Shown piece after piece: positions 1 to 4,376 of a stretch of 4,376 bases of DNA; positions within the stretch are counted from its first letter, which is position 1, and every line of letters starts with the position of its first letter. Below the pieces are notes generated by a model that did no database searches, was not told the origin of the DNA, and saw only the letters and a program-made list of their open reading frames with translations. The stretch is from positions 1 through 4,376 of IMG/VR virus record IMGVR_UViG_3300039357_000038; one strand, written 5' to 3'. A program made the translations under genes and the position numbers. Origin of the DNA: a virus (taxonomy: Duplodnaviria; Heunggongvirae; Uroviricota; Caudoviricetes).

Positions 1-294
1 GACAGCATACTCAAAGCCGGTCAGCATCGTTATCAGCGGGCATTTATCCAGCGATTAAATAATGGGCGCTGGCATGTTATGCAACGTCTTCCCCAGGCCA
101 GATATGAGGAGGGCAATGACGACAAGGGCAGGAAAAAGCGTAATCGCCTTCCCATTCAGGTGGTGAAAATCCCGATGGCGGCCCCACTGAAACAGGCGTT
201 TGATGAGAATGTTGACCGTATCCGGCGTGAACGCCTGCCCGGAGAACTGGCATCCGCGCTGAAACAACAATTGAGGATTGCGATAAAACGATGA
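1..294 (+). CDS. Z: Minor tail protein Z, 5'-truncated by the window edge (C-terminal ~97 aa present; the reading frame is open from position 1, the track ORF 79..294 merely starts at an internal Met)
   Basis: Frame 1 is open from nt 1 to the TGA at 292-294. The translation ...AFIQRLNNGRWHVMQR...[44 protein letters not shown] closely resembles the lambda gpZ C-terminus as recalled. It sits immediately upstream of U, as in lambda. Confidence 0.8.
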   Translation, partial: DSILKAGQHRYQRAFIQRLNNGRWHVMQRLPQARYEEGNDDKGRKKRNRLPIQVVKIPMAAPLKQAFDENVDRIRRERLPGELASALKQQLRIAIKR

Positions 295-686
295 AACATA
301 CTGATATCCGTGCTGCAGTGCTGGATGCACTCGAGCAGCATGAACACGGGGCGACGCTGTTTGATGGTCGCCCCGTTGTTTTTGACGAAGAGGATTTTCC
401 TGCGATCGCGGTTTATCTGACGGATGCAGAGTATACCGGTGAAGAGCTGGATGCAGATACCTGGCGGGCCACACTGCATATTGAGGTGTTTTTACCGGCA
501 CAGGTACCTGATTCGGAGCTCGATCAGTGGATGGAAAGCCGGATTTATCCGGCGATGACTGTGATCCCGGCACTGGCAGGACTGATTACCACGATGGTTA
601 CGCAGGGCTATGAGTATCGTCGTGATGACGATATGGCGTTATGGAGCTCTGCGGATCTGACTTATTCCATTACATACGAGATGTGA
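291..686 (+). CDS. U: Minor tail protein U (tail terminator protein), 131 aa
   Basis: ORF 291..686, product [87 protein letters not shown]...[20 protein letters not shown], is near-identical in length and sequence to lambda gpU as recalled. Its ATG overlaps the Z stop (ATGA at 291-294). Confidence 0.92.
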   Translation: MKHTDIRAAVLDALEQHEHGATLFDGRPVVFDEEDFPAIAVYLTDAEYTGEELDADTWRATLHIEVFLPAQVPDSELDQWMESRIYPAMTVIPALAGLITTMVTQGYEYRRDDDMALWSSADLTYSITYEM

Positions 687-689
687 GGA
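685..689 (+). promoter_or_regulatory. Shine-Dalgarno-like GAGGA for V, overlapping the U stop codon
   Basis: GAGGA at 685-689, 4 nt upstream of the V ATG at 694. Confidence 0.55.
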
Positions 690-693
690 CGAT

Positions 694-1440
694 ATGGCAA
701 CACCAAATCCCCTGGAGCCGGTAAAAGGTGCCGGTACCACTCTGTGGGTTTACAACGGCAAGGCTGATGCTTATGCAAACCCGTTGTCAGACGATGACTG
801 GCAGCGACTGGCTAAGGTGAAGGATCTGACGCCGGGCGAGATGACGGCTGAATCCTACGATGATAACTACCTGGATGATGAAGACGCGGACTGGACCGCG
901 ACCGGGCAGGGACAGAAATCTGCAGGTGATACCAGTTTTACGCTGGCCTGGAAACCGGGAGAGGAAGGCCAGAAAGGGCTTATAGGCTGGTTTGAAAGCG
1001 GCGATGTCCGGGCCTATAAAATCCGTTTTCCGAATGGCACGGTGGATGTGTTTCGTGGCTGGGTCAGCAGTATCGGTAAGGCCGTGACGGCGAAAGAAGT
1101 GATCACCCGCACGGTGAAAGTCACTAACGTGGGTAAACCTTCTGTAGCGGAAGAACGCAGCAAAATTACGCCGGTCACTGCGATTAAGGTAACGCCGACA
1201 GGTACGGTTGAAAAAGGGAAAACAACCACCCTGACCGTTACTGTGGAACCGGAAAATGCAACGGATAAGACATTCAGGGCGATTTCCGCCGATCCATCAA
1301 AAGCCACCATTAGCGTGAAAGATATGACGATTACTGTGACGGGGGTTAAGGATGGAAAAGTCAGCATCCCTGTGATTTCCGGTAATGGTCAGTTTGCTGC
1401 GGTGGCTGAAATTACCGTTAATAATGTGCCGGGTGGCTAA
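694..1440 (+). CDS. V: Major tail tube protein V, 248 aa
   Basis: ORF 694..1440. The N-terminal ~155 aa (..[12 protein letters not shown]...[62 protein letters not shown]...[40 protein letters not shown]) match lambda gpV as recalled. The position after U and before G agrees. Confidence 0.93.
   Translation: MATPNPLEPVKGAGTTLWVYNGKADAYANPLSDDDWQRLAKVKDLTPGEMTAESYDDNYLDDEDADWTATGQGQKSAGDTSFTLAWKPGEEGQKGLIGWFESGDVRAYKIRFPNGTVDVFRGWVSSIGKAVTAKEVITRTVKVTNVGKPSVAEERSKITPVTAIKVTPTGTVEKGKTTTLTVTVEPENATDKTFRAISADPSKATISVKDMTITVTGVKDGKVSIPVISGNGQFAAVAEITVNNVPGG
1160..1437 (+). other. C-terminal Ig-like (Big_2-type) domain of the major tail protein V
   Basis: The C-terminal ~90 aa ([84 protein letters not shown]) have the alternating beta-strand character and T/V-rich composition of the bacterial Ig-like domain known on lambda gpV. 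Domain boundaries are approximate. Confidence 0.6.
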
Positions 1441-1458
1441 AGAGCTGAGAGATAAGCG

Positions 1459-1890
1459 ATGTTCCTGAAAACAGAACAATTTGAATATAACGGTGTATCC
1501 GTCATGCTTTCTGAGCTGTCTGCGCTGCAGCGTATTGAGCATCTTGCCCTCCTGAAACGGCGGGCAGAAGAGGCTGAAGCCAGCGGCAACCTGCAGGTGA
1601 GTGTGGAAGATCTTGTCAGAACCGGCGCGTTTCTGGTGGCGATGTCCCTGTGGCATAACCATCCACAGAAAACGCAGTCACCGTCAATGAATGAGGCCGT
1701 GATGAAGATAGAGCAGGAAGTGCTCACCACCTGGCCTGCCGATGCCATTGCCCGGGCGGAAGACGTGGTGTTGTGCCTGTCCGGGATGATCGAAGCTGTT
1801 CGTCCGGATACTGATATTACTGAAGTGGCGAAAAATAACACGCTGACTGATGATGATTTTTCTGCGGGAAAGTCTTCGACGGCGAGCTGA
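1459..1890 (+). CDS. G: Tail assembly chaperone G (zero-frame product), 143 aa
   Basis: ORF 1459..1890, product MFLKTEQFEYNGVSVMLSELSALQRIEHLALLKRRAEEAE...TGAFLVAMSLWHNHPQKTQ.PSMNEAV..IEQEVLTTWP...SAGK.ST.S, matches lambda gpG as recalled. It contains the slippery heptamer near its 3' end. Confidence 0.92.
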   Translation: MFLKTEQFEYNGVSVMLSELSALQRIEHLALLKRRAEEAEASGNLQVSVEDLVRTGAFLVAMSLWHNHPQKTQSPSMNEAVMKIEQEVLTTWPADAIARAEDVVLCLSGMIEAVRPDTDITEVAKNNTLTDDDFSAGKSSTAS

Positions 1891-2330
1891 ACTTTGCCCT
1901 CAGACTGGCGCGTGAGATGGGGAGACCCGACTGGCGCGCCATGCTTGCCGGGATGACATCCACCGAATATGCCGACTGGCGACGTTTTTACCGCACGCAT
2001 TATTTTCACGATACCCAGCTGGATATGCATTTTTCCGGGCTGACGTACGCCGTACTCAGCCTGTTTTTTTGCGATCCGGATATGCATCCCTCGGATTTCA
2101 GTCTGCTCGTCCCCCGGCGTGAGGAAGCGCAGACGGAGAGGCCGGATGAGGAAGACATGCTGATGCAGAAAGCGGCAGGACTTGCCGGAGGCGTCCGGTT
2201 CGGCGAGGAGGGAGGGGGCGATATTTCACCTTCTGCGGATGTGGTGGATGTCAGCGAGGATGATGTCGCATTAATGATGGCTTCAGCGGGGATTTCCGGA
2301 GGTGTGAGATATGTCCCAGCCGGTTGGTGA
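1459..2330 (+). CDS. T: Tail assembly chaperone G-T fusion, made by -1 frameshift at 1866-1872 (G frame 1459..1871, then T frame 1872..2330; about 290 aa)
   Basis: The T-frame translation downstream of the slip site (...MGRPDWRAMLAGM.STEYADW.RFY.THYFHD..LDMHFSGLTY.VLSLFF.DPDMHP.DFSLL..RRE......MLMQKAAGLAGGVRFG...SEDDV.LM..S.GI.GGVRY) matches lambda gpT as recalled. The T frame has no upstream start between its opening at 1857 and the slip site. The Met at 1917 is internal. Confidence 0.85.
1866..1872 (+). promoter_or_regulatory. Programmed -1 ribosomal frameshift slippery heptamer G GGA AAG (G to G-T recoding site)
   Basis: GGGAAAG at 1866-1872 lies in the G zero frame as G|GGA|AAG (codons 1867-1869 GGA and 1870-1872 AAG). 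The -1 frame (frame 3) is closed by two TGA codons at 1851-1856 and opens at 1857, so a -1 slip here continues uninterrupted to the TGA at 2328-2330. Confidence 0.88.
2298..2302 (+). promoter_or_regulatory. Shine-Dalgarno GGAGG for H, embedded in the 3' end of the T coding frame
   Basis: GGAGG at 2298-2302, 8 nt upstream of the H ATG at 2311. Confidence 0.6.
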
Positions 2331-4376
2331 TCTTGTTATTGACCTGAGTCTGGATGCGGTTCGTTTCGATGAGCAGATGACCCGCGTAAGGCGTCATTTT
2401 TCAGGACTGGAGACTGACGCCAGAAAAACCGCCAGTGCTGTTGAGCAGGGGCTGAGCCGCCAGGCGCTGGCTGCACAAAAAGCCGGGATATCAGTCGGGC
2501 AGTATAAAGCCGCCATGCGTATGCTACCCATGCAGTTCACCGACGTGGCCACGCAGCTTGCCGGTGGTCAGAATCCCTTCCTTATCATGCTGCAGCAGGG
2601 CGGTCAGGTGAAGGACTCCTTCGGCGGGATGATCCCCATGTTCCGGGGGCTTGCTGGTGCGATCAGCCTGCCAATGGCCGGTGTCACCTCGCTGGCGGTG
2701 GCGACCGGTGCGCTGGCGTACGCCTGGTACCAGGGGGATTCCACGCTTTCAGCGTTTAATAAAACCCTGGTTCTTTCCGGTAATCAGTCAGGACTGACGG
2801 CAGAGCGCATGCTTACGCTCTCCAGAGCCGGACAGGCAGCAGGGCTGACGTTTAACCAGGCGAGTGAGTCACTGGCAGCCCTGGTGAATGCCGGTGTGCG
2901 TGGTGGTGAACAGTTTGATTCCATCAACCAGAGTGTCGCGCGTTTTGCGTCTGCCTCCGGTGTGGAAGTGGACAAGGTTGCAGAGGCTTTCGGAAAACTG
3001 ACCACCGACCCGACGTCGGGACTGATGGCGATGGCGCGCCAGTTCCGTAACGTGACGGCAGAGCAGATTGCGTATGTTGCGCAGCTGCAGCGTTCCGGAG
3101 ACGAGGCCGGGGCATTGCAGGCGGCGAACGAGGCTGCCACGAAAGGCTTTGATGACCAGACCCGCCGCCTGAAAGAGAACATGGGGACGCTGGAAACCTG
3201 GGCGGATAAAACAGGGAAGGCGTTCAAATCGATGTGGGATGCCATTCTGGATATTGGTCGTCCTGATACCGCGCAGGAGATGCTGATTAAGGCAGAGACT
3301 GCGTTTAAGAAAGCAGACGACATCTGGAATCTCCGCAAGGATGATTATTTTGTTAACGATGAAGCGCGAGCGCGTTACTGGGATGATCGTGAAAAGGCCC
3401 GTCTTGCGCTTGAAGCCGCCCGAAAGAAGGCTGAGCAGCAGACTCAACAGGACAAAAATGCGCAGCAGCAGAGCGATACCGAAGCGTCACGGCTGAAATA
3501 TACCGAAGAGGCGCAGAAGGCTTACGAACGCCTGCAGACACCGCTGGAGAAATATACCGCCCGTCAGGAAGAACTGAACAGGGCCCTGAGAGACGGGAAA
3601 ATCCTGCAGGCGGATTACAACACGCTGATGGCGTCGGCGAAAAAGGATTATGAATCGACGCTGAAAAAGCCGTCCGGTGTGAAGGTGTCTGCCGGTGAGC
3701 GTCAGGAAGACCGGGCGCATGCAGCCCTGCTGGCGCTTGAAACTGAGCTCCGGACGCTGGAGAAGCACAGCGGTGCGAATGAGAAAATCAGCCGGCAGCG
3801 CCGTGATTTATGGAAAGCGGAAAGTCAGTATGCGGTCCTGAAAGAGGCTGCCACGAAACGGCAGTTATCCGGGCAGGAAAAATCCCTGCTGGCTCATGAG
3901 AAAGAAACGCTGGAGTACAAACGCCAGCTGGCTGAGCTGGGCGACAAGGTTGAATACCAGAAACGGCTGAATGAGCTGGCACAGCAGGCGGCACGGTTTG
4001 AAGAGCAGCAGAGCGCGAAGCAGGCCGCCATCAGCGCAAAAGCCCGTGGTCTCACTGACCGTCAGGCGCAGCGGGAGTCTGAAGCGCAGCGTCTTCGTGA
4101 CGTGTATGGCGATAATCCGCAGGCGCTGGCCCGGGTCACCGGGGCACTGAAACAGACATGGGCGGATGAAGACATGCTGCGCGGTGACTGGCTGGCCGGG
4201 CTGAAGTCCGGCTGGGGGGAGTGGACGGAAAGTGCGACGGACAGTTTTTCGCAGGTTAAAAGTGTGGCCACGCAGACCTTTGATGGTATTGCACAGAATA
4301 TGGCGGCGATGCTGACCGGCAGTGAACAGAACTGGCGGGGATTCACCCGTTCGGTGCTGTCCATGATGACAGAAAT
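2311..4376 (+). CDS. H: Tail length tape measure protein H, 3'-truncated by the window edge (first ~688 aa present)
   Basis: Frame 1 is open from the ATG at 2311 to the window end. The translation MSQPVGDLVIDLSLDAVRFDEQM.RVRRHFSG...QALAAQKAGISVGQYKAAMRMLP.QFTDVATQLAGGQ...QQGGQVKDSFGGMIPMFRGLAGAI.LPM.G.TSLAVATGALAYAWYQG.STLS.FNKTLVLSGNQ.GLTA.RML.LSRAGQAAGLTFNQ.SESL... and later ...WNLRKDDYFVNDEARARYWDDREKARLALEAARKKAEQQTQQDKNAQQQSDTEASRLKYTEEAQKAYERLQTPLEKYTARQEEL...GIAQNMAAMLTGSEQNWR.FTRSVLSMMTE matches lambda gpH extensively as recalled. It overlaps the T 3' end by 20 nt. The reverse-strand track ORFs at 2784..3338, 2869..3447, 2924..3115, 3353..3541, 3487..3768, 3788..3994 and 4062..4364 all lie inside it. 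Confidence 0.94.
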   Translation, partial: MSQPVGDLVIDLSLDAVRFDEQMTRVRRHFSGLETDARKTASAVEQGLSRQALAAQKAGISVGQYKAAMRMLPMQFTDVATQLAGGQNPFLIMLQQGGQVKDSFGGMIPMFRGLAGAISLPMAGVTSLAVATGALAYAWYQGDSTLSAFNKTLVLSGNQSGLTAERMLTLSRAGQAAGLTFNQASESLAALVNAGVRGGEQFDSINQSVARFASASGVEVDKVAEAFGKLTTDPTSGLMAMARQFRNVTAEQIAYVAQLQRSGDEAGALQAANEAATKGFDDQTRRLKENMGTLETWADKTGKAFKSMWDAILDIGRPDTAQEMLIKAETAFKKADDIWNLRKDDYFVNDEARARYWDDREKARLALEAARKKAEQQTQQDKNAQQQSDTEASRLKYTEEAQKAYERLQTPLEKYTARQEELNRALRDGKILQADYNTLMASAKKDYESTLKKPSGVKVSAGERQEDRAHAALLALETELRTLEKHSGANEKISRQRRDLWKAESQYAVLKEAATKRQLSGQEKSLLAHEKETLEYKRQLAELGDKVEYQKRLNELAQQAARFEEQQSAKQAAISAKARGLTDRQAQRESEAQRLRDVYGDNPQALARVTGALKQTWADEDMLRGDWLAGLKSGWGEWTESATDSFSQVKSVATQTFDGIAQNMAAMLTGSEQNWRGFTRSVLSMMTE
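2629..2730 (+). other. Hydrophobic, Gly/Ala-rich segment in the N-terminal region of tape measure H (putative membrane-interacting or tube-lumen segment)
   Basis: Residues ~107-140 of H (MIPMFRGLAGAISLPMAGVTSLAVATGALAYAWY) form a ~34-aa uncharged hydrophobic stretch flanked by charged sequence. Seen directly in the translation; function is inferred. Confidence 0.4.

Noticed and set aside
79-294. The track ORF 79..294 as a complete 71-aa gene
   Set aside because: Frame 1 is open from nt 1 and the upstream residues continue the gpZ homology, so this is the 3' end of a longer gene truncated by the window, not a small ORF starting at 79.
55-573. 172-aa reverse-strand ORF overlapping Z and U
   Set aside because: It lies entirely antisense to two + strand genes with strong homology support, has no recognisable protein signature, and its translation is Arg/Pro/Gln-rich in the way expected of an antisense read of coding sequence. 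Most likely a shadow ORF.
2064-2070. Homopolymeric T7 tract (TTTTTTT) inside the T coding region as a possible second slippage or phase-variation site
   Set aside because: It encodes the Phe-Phe of the LSLFF motif that is also present in lambda gpT as recalled, and a shift here would hit a stop codon quickly in either alternative frame. Most simply explained as codon usage, not a recoding signal.
1437-2087. 216-aa reverse-strand ORF overlapping G and T (also 1297..1662, 1014..1367 and 156..479 on the - strand)
   Set aside because: All are antisense to well-supported tail genes. They are low-complexity, Ser/Arg/Cys-rich, with no motifs and no plausible RBS context. Treated as spurious.
1917-2330. 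The track ORF 1917..2330 as a free-standing 137-aa gene T with its own ATG
   Set aside because: The T frame is open from 1857, upstream of this Met, and overlaps the G slippery site. In lambda-like phages T is made only as the G-T frameshift fusion. No convincing Shine-Dalgarno precedes 1917, so the Met is interpreted as internal.
2784-3994. Cluster of reverse-strand ORFs (2784..3338, 2869..3447, 2924..3115, 3353..3541, 3487..3768, 3788..3994) and 4062..4364 inside H
   Set aside because: They overlap one another in different frames and all lie antisense to the continuous, homology-supported tape measure ORF. Long antisense ORFs are expected here because the sense strand of H is GC-rich and rich in GCN/CAG/CGN codons. 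No independent support.
1-4376. Search for CRISPR repeats, tRNA or ncRNA genes, IS elements, inverted-repeat termini and defence-system-like gene architecture
   Set aside because: No direct repeat arrays, no tRNA-like cloverleaf candidates and no extended inverted repeats were noticed by eye. The window is essentially fully occupied by same-strand tail genes, leaving no room for such elements.

Overview
This window is a contiguous, single-strand (+) piece of a lambda-like (lambdoid) phage or prophage tail-assembly module, in the canonical order Z (3' end) - U - V - G - G-T (programmed -1 frameshift) - H (tape measure, 5' ~80%). The translated ORFs match, nearly residue for residue over long stretches, the phage lambda tail proteins gpZ, gpU, gpV, gpG, gpT and gpH as I recall them from memory; no search was run. 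Genes are tightly packed (ATGA start/stop overlap, 7-18 nt spacers, a 20-nt T/H overlap), consistent with a translationally coupled late operon. The most notable sequence-level feature is an intact G GGA AAG slippery heptamer at the end of G that opens into the T frame, which has no start codon of its own. I find no evidence of a novel or undescribed system here: no RNA genes, CRISPR arrays, mobile elements or defence-like cargo are visible, and the reverse-strand ORFs in the track look like antisense shadows of the tail genes. The host is probably an enterobacterium (E. coli-like), judged only from the closeness to lambda.
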